64,000 nt of DNA from Sulfolobales archaeon HS-7 (GTDB taxonomy: Archaea; Thermoproteota; Thermoprotei_A; Sulfolobales; Sulfolobaceae): assembly GCA_019704295.1 (NCBI GenBank), contig AP024596.1, positions 736,001-800,000 of the forward strand, in the 5' to 3' direction. The position numbers and the translations under genes were made by a program. The notes under the pieces were generated by a model that saw only the letters and a list, made by a program, of their open reading frames with translations, was not told the DNA's origin and did not search any database. Below, one piece after another: positions 1 to 8,980 of the stretch; the first letter of the stretch is position 1, and each line of letters begins with the position of its first letter.

Positions 1-693
1 AATCTCAGAGCCTATTTTTAACTTTCCTCTAACCAGAAAGGGAATTTTGTCTATATCGTTAAAATGAATCACGAATGTCTTTATTCTGGCTCTTTTAATT
101 ATTTTTATCGCTAAGGGATCAATGAGTTCATAAGTGCCCGCGTTCACCCCTTGCACATTCGATAATATTTTTTCAAGCTCTTTCACGTTAACAGACGAGA
201 GAATCTTTGCGTCGTTGTTCTTACTAGGATCTTTATCGTAAATTCCGTCTACATTGGTACAATCGATAAGGTATTCAGACCGTGTGGACTCAGCAATTAG
301 CGCAGCTACTCCTGACGTAGACTGACCTGGTTGAAGACCACCAATAACTATCACTTTATTATTTTTATTAGAAAATGCTTGCAAGAAATCCTCCATATCG
401 GTAGGAACTAATGGATAAGTGTCATCATTCAGTAAATAGGATAGTAATACAGCATTTAACCTTGATGCGTATATCCCTATTATATCGAGTGAGAACTCGT
501 TTAGATTTAGTTTCCTGCCTATACTTATGTAATTTCTGGCTATCTCGCCCCCTCCCACAACAAGGAAAATTCTATGACCCTCGCTAGTTAGGGAAAATAT
601 CATGTCTCTTAATCTCGTAACGTAGTCCTCTGGGTTGCGATTATATAATAATTGGTCAAAAAACTTTCCGGAAATCTTTATTGTGATGTTCAT
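1..693 (-). CDS. pyrH: Uridylate kinase (3' end runs off the window edge)
   Basis: Not in ORF track. Hand translation from ATG at 693: MNITIKISGKFFD...IFLVVGGGEIARNYI...VIGGLQPGQSTSGVAALIAE...CTNVDGIYDKDP, the archaeal UMP kinase motifs. Confidence 0.93.
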   Translation of the reverse strand, partial: MNITIKISGKFFDQLLYNRNPEDYVTRLRDMIFSLTSEGHRIFLVVGGGEIARNYISIGRKLNLNEFSLDIIGIYASRLNAVLLSYLLNDDTYPLVPTDMEDFLQAFSNKNNKVIVIGGLQPGQSTSGVAALIAESTRSEYLIDCTNVDGIYDKDPSKNNDAKILSSVNVKELEKILSNVQGVNAGTYELIDPLAIKIIKRARIKTFVIHFNDIDKIPFLVRGKLKIGSEI

Positions 694-744
694 CAAGAGA
701 TACCCATATTATATTTTATCTTTTATGTCCTTTTATTTAAACTG

Positions 745-892
745 GATAGTCGTCTGGAAGTCTATGTCTAAAGTATTTCCCAGACTCAGGGTCTTTAAAA
801 AGACCTATCTTAACCCCCTTTCTTCCTTTTGGAGCTAATAACCATGTCTTTTCAGGAGATAAAGAAACCTCCTTCCCAGCGGGTGTTTTAAC
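745..892 (+). mobile_element. Degraded tnpB/IS607-like fragment
   Basis: Short TnpB-like peptide ([14 protein letters not shown]) followed by a right-end-like motif (gagataaagaaacctccttcccagcggg). Highly decayed. Confidence 0.3.
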
Positions 893-1618
893 CTTTACAG
901 TTTTTCTATCTGGCATTATATGTCAATACCAATATTCCCCTTACTATTTTATAAACCTTTCCATATGGTATTGTATGTTAAAAATAATATCATTTATAAG
1001 TATAATTATATATCATGTATATAATTTAATAATAGACTAATAATAGTTACCGACTGTTCCCTCATAGTTTTTCATTACAAATTTCTTATAAGTAGAAGGA
1101 GATATTTCCATCACTATTTAACTGTTTCGAAAGTCTACTTTTACCTGCACTTAACCAAGTTAATTATCTGAACTGGTAGTACTTCCATTGTGAGGCGTAT
1201 AAGAGTATGCCAGATGCAGATAATTCAGTTTATTTATCTTATTACTTAGAAAAACTTAAAAACATCCATTATTATTAATTCAAGGAATACTGACAATTCA
1301 GGTCCTCATAGTAAGTTTTAATAGTTTTATCTAACGAATATAATATTCAATTTAATTATCACTGTTACTCCACGCTATGTACGGGTTAGTCCAATTAGTT
1401 TATTTTGAATTATTTAAACGAAATGAATTCGCGAAGGCGTTCAGCAGTATATCTATGCGGAATTTCAAGAATAGTGATAGCTAGCGAGATCGGGCCTTTC
1501 ACCCGTTCATTGCAAATTCAGTTTGTTTAGAAAAATAGAATGAATTCGATTGAATACTATCGTATGTATTGGTAAGGATTCACACTTAATAATTTCCTTT
1601 ATTTAATACTTATTTACA

Positions 1619-3017
1619 GTCTTGTTTCGCCAAAAAATCTCATGATTGTAAGATATTATTAGAGTAATTAGTGTATAAAAATATAGGATTAAGTTAACTC
1701 AAGATGCGTAGCAATATGATATGTTTAGTAAAAATCTGGTATATTTTGCAAGTTAATAGTAACAAACACAAGAAGTTCTGAATTTATTTTACGTGTTCAA
1801 AACGAGGTACATAGTCCACCCTCTAGCTTGAAAACGCCTAGAGGAGATTGACGAACTGGTCAAACGCGAGGGGCTTCTCTCCCGGTGCTTTGAAGTTAAA
1901 CGAGAGGAAGAGGTACAAGTTCCAGGAAGTGTCGAGGAGCGCGTAGATCAGGTAGAGGTAGAGCTTGTTGCGCAACCTCCTTATGAGTTCTATCCTCGCT
2001 TTCCTCGTCTTGAACCCCTCCTCTATACCTCAACCTGTAGGTCTCGGCCAACTCGTAGGGATCTCCCTCAACGTTTGAGACGAAAACGAAGTGCGTTGGT
2101 TTCCCCTTGTGCTTCACGTAAATCACGTCGTAATAGTAGAGTCCCTTGTACTCTAACTTTCTGTGGGCAACGTAAGTTCTGTCCTCAACCGTGTAGTACT
2201 TCACGGTAAGGGACTGAGCAAAGAGTTCCTTGACTCCCTTTAAGTTAGTTTTCCCTCTGATCACGGCCTTTGCGGGTAACTCCTTGAGGATCTCGAGGTT
2301 GAGGAATCCAGCGTCGGCAACAACGTAACTCAAGCTGTCGCGCTGTACAGCCTTGTTGACGAACTCTTCAAGGAACTCGGAGGGCTTTTGATCCCCTTTA
2401 ACCGCGAATTGGGTAACCACGTTACATCTCACGGGAGACAAGAGATCTGCGGATCTAACCTTGGCCTTTCCCGAGAAGAGTTTGTCCCCCACTCTCTCTG
2501 CTTCCTTCTCTCCCACCCTCAGGAAGGTCTCGTCAAATCCCAGCACGATGTTCTCATTCGCGAAAATTGTACACAGCTCCCAGAACTCGAAGGTTTTACC
2601 CAAGAGTTCCCCTAGCTTTTTCCCTTGTCTTACAAGGGAAATGTAATCCTTTCCTCTATTCCCCAAGAGGAGAGATTTACTCCTCTTGATAACGTCGCGG
2701 GGATTAGAGGAAATCTTCTTAAACGCTTCCTCTACTAATTCATTAGCGAGGGACTTATACCTTGGCTTTGGTTTCCGCATATCAAAATCTGGGAAGTCCC
2801 TCGCTTAAACTTTAACGTCCTCATTTCTACCCACTTGATAATACTATACACAAGGTATTACTATACGTGTAAAAACTAGGTTACACACCTTCTACTGAGA
2901 TAAAAGTCGATCTTTTCTCAACTTTTACGGAAATTTAGCTAATTTCGACTCTTCAGAACGAGATTTTCCCTTGTTTTAGAAATTGTATCATTTTTAGTAA
3001 AATTGGCGAAACAAGAC
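1619..3017 (-). mobile_element. ISH3-family (ISC1200-like) insertion sequence, ~1.4 kb
   Basis: Perfect TIR GTCTTGTTTCGCCAA / TTGGCGAAACAAGAC (extendable by CA/TG). 5-bp target duplication ttaca/tgaca. Encloses a DDE transposase. Confidence 0.85.
1838..2850 (-). pseudogene. ISH3-family DDE transposase, disrupted
   Basis: ORF 1896-2780 has GFDET and VVADAGF motifs. An in-frame TAA lies upstream of the ORF start, and a frameshift at YRLR removes the catalytic-E helix (IEEGFKTRKARI is in another frame). Confidence 0.8.
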
Positions 3018-3157
3018 TGACAATAATTATAATTGACAATGGAAACCTAAATCACCCGCGAGATCTCATGGATTCGGTATAAAAGCTATTTCGAAATAAT
3101 TTTATATGCATGAACTTAAAAACTTATTTAATTTAGTTCTCTATGTGAAATAAGATT

Positions 3158-3216
3158 AATGATGATGAGCGTCGAGGTTATGAAGCAGAGATGATTTGTT
3201 TATTCCCGGCTGAAAA
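3158..3216 (+). ncRNA. Box C/D methylation guide sRNA
   Basis: Box C ATGATGA 3162-3168, guide GCGTCGAGGTT, D' ATGA, C' AGATGA, guide TTTGTTTATTCCCGG, box D CTGA 3210-3213. BRE/TATA-like aaaaacttattta lies ~27 nt upstream. Confidence 0.75.
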
Positions 3217-3329
3217 TTCTAATTCAATGGGAATATAAAATGTGTTATTCCCGATTATCCTACTCTCAATCTTTTACTTAGCAATGTTTTATCAACAATG
3301 ACTTTAAAATTCAATTATCTAAAAAATGC

Positions 3330-3643
3330 AGAAAGCAAGTCTCAATATGCCCAAGTTAGATTTCTAAACCATATCTTCCATATAGTTGGAGTTAACTACA
3401 TGGAGTCGCTTGGCCCTAAGGAGGCTTCTCACCTCATAGTAGCGATTTATTGTTTCTCAGTTCCACCCTGTCTAGAAGGCTTCACAGGACATTAGTGTAA
3501 CACCAAGAAGCGAACATGATAGTGCTCTGAAGACTGCGATTGTAGCACAGGCGTACCATATCGACCCTTATTAGGCGTCTTGGTCACGATTACTCTTTTA
3601 ATGATTGTCGTTAGGGTAGATGAGTCATTTTTGAATTTGAGGT
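3330..3643 (-). pseudogene. Degraded gene of unknown family, paralogous to 8590-8895
   Basis: Nucleotide similarity to 8590-8895 (e.g. ttagggtagatgagtc; cacctcatNgtagNgattt). Shared minus-strand peptide DSSTL..I.RV....P..GS.WY; stops and frameshifts. Confidence 0.5.
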
Positions 3644-3779
3644 TATACTTTGTCAGACCTTAAAAACCGAGGTTATTAGTTTGTAAATCATAAACCTTAC
3701 AAAGTGTGATTCTTAGTGTTCCACAGAGTTAGGCGCGTTATGCAGAACCCCCATGAGGGATTTCCCCTCACCTGTATAG

Positions 3780-3908
3780 ATTAATTAGTTGGGGAGAGTA
3801 ATACTCTCCAACTGGGAAACATGGTCGAGCCCTTGACTGAAGCAAAGTCTTCGAATGGGGGCGTGACAAATCCATCGGGCTTAACATTGTGATAATATTC
3901 ACGGGTGA
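3780..3908 (+). ncRNA. Candidate IS110 bridge-RNA-like non-coding leader
   Basis: Hairpin AGTT-GG-GGAGAG-TAATA-CTCTCC-AACT, then a GAGCCC...GGGCTT stem enclosing GAAG/CTTC and ATGG/CCAT sub-stems. Located upstream of the IS110 ORF. Confidence 0.4.
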
Positions 3909-3910
3909 TA

Positions 3911-4791
3911 ACGAGGTAAGGATCCTGGGAATAGATGTATCGAAAGAACATCTGGTAACGAGCAAGGGGAGGATAAGGAAATACGAGAACAACAAGGATA
4001 CGAGGAAATACTGAAAATGACCTTAAGGTAATAGTGGAACGGGAGTATACTCGATAAAACCTAGCGAGTACTTCAGGGAAAGGTACTGCAGGTAAGCCCG
4101 AACGTGTTATGGAGAAGGACTTGAGGGGAAACAGATTTTTACGATGCGGAAAAACTTGAAAGCATGCCAAATAAGGCTAGGGAATACGGTAACCCGTTGA
4201 GAGAGCTAGTAACGCTTTACTTCTTCCTAAAGCACTTGGAAGTATAAGAACAGGCTAAGGAGGGCGATTGATAAACGATAAGGAGAAAATAAGCAAGGGA
4301 CTGAGGAGTTCTCGAAGGGGAATTTCAACAAGTGTATTGGAGTACACGAATATGGTACTTGAGGAAATTCAGGTATTAGCCAAAGCACTACTGGAAACAA
4401 GCGAGAAAATGGAGTAAGTGGGGAAAAAGATACAATCGCTACTAGAAAACTACGTCTTACTAGCTATACCCGAAGCAGGAAGACTTTCCGCGGGAGTAAT
4501 AATTGGTTGAAGACGTTAAACGCTTTTCAAATCCTTCGTAGCTTACTGCGGAATCGAGTAGTTGAGAGGGCGGTAAGGCCATGGTGAGAAAGGGAATATC
4601 GAAGAGGGGGAAAAAGCACTTACGCAGCTTGTTCTGCTTCTTCGCCGAAATACTCTCGTAATCCCACTCTGCTCAAGTTTTACGAAACGCATGAACTTGT
4701 TGGCAGGAAGCTGTACATAGCGCTTGCGAGGAAATTAACGAGGGTTATTTGGAACGTTTAATACAATAATAACCCTTACGAGCCTAGGTGA
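3911..4791 (+). pseudogene. IS110 DEDD recombinase/transposase pseudogene
   Basis: Fragments ILGIDVSKEHLVTSKG, GKAMVRKGISKRGKKHLRSLF and ALARKLTRVIW, broken by many frameshifts and stops. Confidence 0.85.
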
Positions 4792-5116
4792 TCCTCCCCT
4801 AAATCGCCACATGGATTGAGAAATTCACGTGGCAATCTTAGTTAGCACTACGCTCGAAGTTAAATCGAAAATATTTATTACTGGATGCCCTCAAGGTCTG
4901 ATTAAGTATAGCTAAAAAGGTCTATTTATCCCTCACGGATCTTACGATCCTTCCGAACCCCCTGATAAGATAATCTCATTTTAGATATAGGGATTTCATC
5001 TTCATCAGTCTGCTACGTTAATCCTCCTTAGATAAAGGAGTAACGATTTGTTGTAAGAAAATGTATGGTTAGAGTATAGTCCCGTAAAGTTAAATTAACA
5101 TAGATATGAAACATAT

Positions 5117-5821
5117 ATGATGAACGTATTTAAAAAAATATCAGATATCCTAGAGTTCTACTTATACAATAGAAACGTTATAGGTATAGGTACTGGTAGA
5201 ACAATAACTAGTATACTAGAGGAATTAAAAAGATCTGAGCTTATGAGTAATAAGCTATTCGTTACCACATCCCTTGATTCCGAAATAAAACTCAGGGATT
5301 TTGGAGCTAGGGTATTGTCTATATCAGGTGTAAGCAAAGTCGACATATATATAGATAGTTTTGACATTTATCGTCAGAACGAGTTTCTCATTAAGGGAGG
5401 AGGGGGTGCATTCTTCAGGGAGAAGTTATTGGCTTCTATGAGTAAAGAAAATATATTCGTTGGTGATGAGAAAAAAAGAATAGTAAGTGATAAATATTAC
5501 GTGCCTATAGAAGTAATACCTTCAGCTCTTACCTTTGCGCTCGACACATTACGTAAAGAATTTAAAAATGTCGTCTTAAGGAGTTCTTCAGGTAAAATGG
5601 GACCAGTAATATCTGATAATGGCAACGTAATTATTGACGTCGAGATTTCAGGTGAAAAAATATGTAGTGCTGAATCTGAATTAAAGAAAATAATAGGAGT
5701 CGTGGAGACAGGTATATTTTGTACTCAGCTAATAGATAAGATAATATTATACAATGAGTTCGGACATCTCGAAATTATCGAGAAAAGCAGAAAGGGAATT
5801 AAACAGAGTTACTCCACTTAA
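5117..5821 (+). CDS. rpiA: Ribose-5-phosphate isomerase A
   Basis: Motifs GIGTGRT, IKGGGGAFFREK, SDNGN and GVVETGIF. Confidence 0.93.
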   Translation: MMNVFKKISDILEFYLYNRNVIGIGTGRTITSILEELKRSELMSNKLFVTTSLDSEIKLRDFGARVLSISGVSKVDIYIDSFDIYRQNEFLIKGGGGAFFREKLLASMSKENIFVGDEKKRIVSDKYYVPIEVIPSALTFALDTLRKEFKNVVLRSSSGKMGPVISDNGNVIIDVEISGEKICSAESELKKIIGVVETGIFCTQLIDKIILYNEFGHLEIIEKSRKGIKQSYST

Positions 5822-6107
5822 AATAGAGATCAATGGAAAGGTCACTTCACTTTATATTCTAATCGGAAGAGAAAGGACTCATATAACAACGCCTTTTTCT
5901 TGTGACTGTGAGGACTTCAAGTATAATGTGATATATAGAGGTAAGAGAAGATTTTGCTACCATATGCTTTTACTTCAGCTTGCATTAGAAAAGGAAAGAA
6001 CTAAAATCATTTCTCTTACGATAGGAGATTTTATTAGTATATGTAATGAAATTAGTCATACAGGCAAGTCTTTATTACTTAATAGAAAGTTAAGAAATAT
6101 GGGATAG
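5754..6107 (+). CDS. SWIM zinc-finger protein
   Basis: CxC...CxH motif (SCDCEDF...FCYH). Confidence 0.75.
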   Translation: MSSDISKLSRKAERELNRVTPLKIEINGKVTSLYILIGRERTHITTPFSCDCEDFKYNVIYRGKRRFCYHMLLLQLALEKERTKIISLTIGDFISICNEISHTGKSLLLNRKLRNMG

Positions 6108-6269
6108 ATGACACCGCAATTGATAATTTATTTGATATTAATTATAATATTTATAGTAATAAGTGTATATTTAGTCTATAGTGAATTCTTGACACCGAAT
6201 AAAATAAAAGTAAAGAGTAAGGTAGAGAGATATGGGCGGGAGGAAAAAAAGAAAGCAAAAAGTAGTTAG
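6108..6269 (+). CDS. Small single-pass membrane protein, 53 aa (not in ORF track)
   Basis: ATG abuts the upstream TAG. MTPQLIIYLILIIIFIVISVYLVYSEFLTPNKIKVKSKVERYGREEKKKAKSS: one TM helix and a basic tail; overlaps the elf1 start. Confidence 0.65.
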   Translation: MTPQLIIYLILIIIFIVISVYLVYSEFLTPNKIKVKSKVERYGREEKKKAKSS

Positions 6270-6537
6270 ACCTAAACCCACGGTACCAAAGACATTTCAA
6301 TGCCCCCGTTGCGGACGATTATCTATTTCAATAAAAATAAAAAAGGGTATAGCTGAGATTCGTTGTGGCAGTTGTAAGCTAAAAACTGCTTTCGCAGTAC
6401 CGCCTGTGTATAAGGAAGTTGACGCTTATGGAAAATTTATTGATGGATACACAGAGGGGAGTCTAGAGATAACTGAAATGAGAGAGGATGAATATGAAGG
6501 GGAAAGTGGAGAAATATCTAGAGAAACTGAGGAGTGA
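6232..6537 (+). CDS. elf1: Transcription elongation factor Elf1
   Basis: MGGRKK basic N-terminus, FQCPRC...CGSC zinc ribbon, VDAYGKFID, acidic tail. Confidence 0.9.
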   Translation: MGGRKKRKQKVVRPKPTVPKTFQCPRCGRLSISIKIKKGIAEIRCGSCKLKTAFAVPPVYKEVDAYGKFIDGYTEGSLEITEMREDEYEGESGEISRETEE

Positions 6538-7243
6538 AGGCGAATCCATTCACTTCTCTTTAATTGATCCTGAAAAACTTCCTCATGATCTAGAGAAGGT
6601 TGCAAAGCAGCTTTACAATAGCGGTACTTCAGCTTTCTTAGTTGGAGGTACTTTGGGGGTCACACATGAGATATTCCAATACGTTCTTGATGTATTAGGA
6701 GATTTCGACATACCTAAAATAATATTCCCTAGTAATACCAATTTAGTAGATTCTAAGGCTGACGCGATTCTCTTTATGTCGCTACTGAATTCTGACGATT
6801 TATACTTCGTCGTAGGAGCACAAGTATATAGCTCACTTATGGTTAAGAAGCTGGGTTTAGAGGCTCTTCCTACAGCTTACTTAATAATAGGGAATGGGGG
6901 TACGGCTTCCCATATAGGAAAAGCTAGACCAATCCCTTTCGATAACTACGTTCTAGCTTCTGCATATGCGTCTGCCGCCGAACTGTTAGGCATGAGGTAT
7001 ATTTATTTAGAGGCGGGTTCAGGATCACCAGAGACCGTAAGACCAGAGATGATAAAATCTATAAAAAGCGTAGTACCAAACGCCTATTTAATCGTGGGAG
7101 GAGGAATTAGGAGTGAAGATAAGGCCATCTCAGTTACAGAGGCAGGCGCTGATATAATTGTTACCGGAAACCTGATCGAGGAAAACATTGATAAAGCAGT
7201 AAGTATAATAGAGAGAATAAGGAAAGTTAAAAAGAGGGTGTGA
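6488..7243 (+). CDS. Geranylgeranylglyceryl phosphate synthase
   Basis: Motifs HFSLIDPEK, VGGT, YLEAGSG, VGGGIR and GADIIVTGN (PcrB/GGGPS family). Confidence 0.93.
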   Translation: MNMKGKVEKYLEKLRSEGESIHFSLIDPEKLPHDLEKVAKQLYNSGTSAFLVGGTLGVTHEIFQYVLDVLGDFDIPKIIFPSNTNLVDSKADAILFMSLLNSDDLYFVVGAQVYSSLMVKKLGLEALPTAYLIIGNGGTASHIGKARPIPFDNYVLASAYASAAELLGMRYIYLEAGSGSPETVRPEMIKSIKSVVPNAYLIVGGGIRSEDKAISVTEAGADIIVTGNLIEENIDKAVSIIERIRKVKKRV

Positions 7244-7250
7244 AGTCAAA

Positions 7251-7421
7251 ATGCCGTCTAAGAAGAAAAAGGAAAATATTCCAGTTGCAAGTATGGCAGG
7301 TTTAATAAGATATTACGAGGAGGAAAAAGAAGTTATAAAAGTGAGTCCGACCGTAGTAATTGTAGCGTCAATAGCGGTAGTAGTAGTTGTAGCGATATTA
7401 TCGAAGATTTTACCAATATAG
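7251..7421 (+). CDS. secG: Preprotein translocase subunit Sec61beta (56 aa, not in ORF track)
   Basis: MPSKKKKENIPVASMAGLIRYYEEEKEVIKVSP followed by a C-terminal TM helix. Confidence 0.92.
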   Translation: MPSKKKKENIPVASMAGLIRYYEEEKEVIKVSPTVVIVASIAVVVVVAILSKILPI

Positions 7422-7433
7422 GTGAGATCCTAG

Positions 7434-8033
7434 TTGTTCACTCCCCGGGGAAGAGATATTAAAAGATTAAGGGAAAAGCTAGGTATTTCACAAACAGAGC
7501 TTGCAAAACGTGTAGGTATTTCCCAATCTTTCATAGCTAAAATAGAAAATGAAAAAATAGATCCTAGATTATCAACTATAAATAGAATCCTGGAAGAACT
7601 TCTAAATAATCTTTCGTTCTCGGAAACTGTGGAAAAAGTTATGAAAAGTCCAGTTATCTCCGCAACGGATAACGAATCCTTACCTCATGTATTTGAACTA
7701 ATGGAAAAAAACAACATATCTCAGTTACCGGTTATAGACAGTAATGGAATAATAAAAGGTATGATATACGACTATGTGATACTAAGAAAGGTGATATCAA
7801 AGGATCCTTTATCCCTAAAGGCAAAGGACGTTATGATTCAGCCTCCCCCATTGCTTAGAAGGACAACCCCTATAGAAGCGGCTATGAAAACATTAACCAA
7901 AAACCAGGTAGTCGTAGTTATAGATGATAAAATGAGACCAATAGGGATAATTACTAGGAGCGATATAATTAAGTATAAAATGTATACTACAAATAGTATA
8001 TTGTGGGCCGCGGAGGAACCCAACGGGATTTAA
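7434..8033 (+). CDS. XRE-type HTH plus CBS-pair transcriptional regulator
   Basis: GISQTELAKRVGISQSFIAKIE HTH and two CBS domains; TTG start after a GGTGA SD. Confidence 0.88.
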   Translation: MFTPRGRDIKRLREKLGISQTELAKRVGISQSFIAKIENEKIDPRLSTINRILEELLNNLSFSETVEKVMKSPVISATDNESLPHVFELMEKNNISQLPVIDSNGIIKGMIYDYVILRKVISKDPLSLKAKDVMIQPPPLLRRTTPIEAAMKTLTKNQVVVVIDDKMRPIGIITRSDIIKYKMYTTNSILWAAEEPNGI

Positions 8034-8308
8034 CCCTGAGGAAATACCAGCCTCCCGCAGCAAGGGAGTCCTAACTAGGACATATGAAGAACATATGGCA
8101 ACTACAAAGAAAATTCCTCATAACCTCCGATGAGAATGATACGGTAGTTAAGGGAGCGATTCCTTAACGAAGTGGAGAGGAGGTTAGTAGAGTTGAAAAG
8201 TAGACCTCCCTGGAGCAAGGGGAAGATCTGTGAAAGGCTGTCGAGATCTTCCGTTTCCGCTTAGTCAAATGGTTCCTACGACAAAAGCTGGATTATGCCG
8301 CGGCCCAC
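8003..8308 (+). ncRNA. rnpB: RNase P RNA
   Basis: P1 GTGGGCCGCGG/CCGCGGCCCAC; P4 strands GAGGAAATACCAGC (8038-8051) and ACAAAAGCTGGATTAT (8281-8296); GGAGCAAG conserved region; ~305 nt. Confidence 0.92.
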
Positions 8309-8589
8309 TATGAAATAATGCATTTAGTGCTTTGTGTACTTTATAGGGTAAAACGTCAAAATTTTTCCTCTTCAAACATCGTCCTTGAATACGGTTAATA
8401 CTGAAAGTAGTAAAGGAGTTTTGATCTTTAGAGTACAAAGAAATACAATGTTATGATAAAGGAAGTATCGAGGGAGACAAGTACTTACGCAGTTTAATTC
8501 TCGTTATAGGGATGAATTACTTTAGTAGCTTCAAGTTTTTGAAACATGTAACCTTTCGGGAAGTTGTGCTGCACTTAGTAGGAGGGTTG

Positions 8590-8895
8590 AGAACAGTAAG
8601 GATTTAATATGGCAAACTTACCTTGCCTTAACGGGACTTTCCACCTCATTGTAGGGATTTCCTGGTTCCTACCCAGCCTTGCCCAAAGCACTTCATAAGC
8701 ACTAGGGGTCGTACCTTGAAGTTAATTTGGCGTTGATATCCCACATGGGACTCCTAATTGGAGAAGAGACGTATCACATAGATCCTTGCTTAGGCATCTC
8801 AGCGAAGCTTACTCTATCTATGAGTTTTATTAGGGTAGATGAGTCCTTTTTTCCATATTTTAGACTAACTACAAAGGGACTATCCATCTTTTTTG
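8590..8895 (-). pseudogene. Degraded gene of unknown family, paralogous to 3330-3643
   Basis: Aligns with 3330-3643; multiple in-frame stops. Confidence 0.5.
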
Positions 8896-8904
8896 GGTCT
8901 TCCG

Positions 8905-8965
8905 CCTTCTTTGAACCCCCATTGAAGATAAAGGAAAACTAAAGCCTCTTATAGTAGGGAAGTCG
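8905..8965 (+). mobile_element. IS607/IS605-type right-end (omega-RNA 3' part) remnant
   Basis: gaacccccattgaagataaaggaaaactaaagcctcttatagtagggaagtcg resembles tnpB element 3' ends. Confidence 0.4.
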
Positions 8966-8980
8966 TTTTATATTGCCCTT

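Larger units (their letters stand above)
1492..3057. mobile_element. ~160-bp MITE interrupted by an ISH3-family element
   Basis: Perfect 8-bp direct repeat GCGAGATC at 1484-1491 and 3058-3065, with imperfect terminal inverted repeats. Parts 1492-1618 plus 3023-3057 align with the uninterrupted copy at 59757-59916. Confidence 0.8.
3771..4893 (+). mobile_element. IS110-family element (~1.1 kb), decayed
   Basis: Bounded by a CCCTCA direct repeat (3765-3770 and 4888-4893), no TIRs. ~130-nt structured left non-coding region followed by a DEDD recombinase relic. Confidence 0.75.
3646..4908 (+). mobile_element. IS630-derived MITE (~140 bp) interrupted by an IS110 element
   Basis: TA-flanked TIRs TACTTTGTCAGACCTT / AAGGTCTGATTAAGTA match the ends of the IS630 element at 37218-38256. 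The reconstructed empty sequence resembles that element's right end. Confidence 0.75.

Noticed and set aside
3768-4170. Minus-strand ORFs 3768-3995 and 3781-4170
   Set aside because: Antisense to the IS110 relic; no recognisable protein features.
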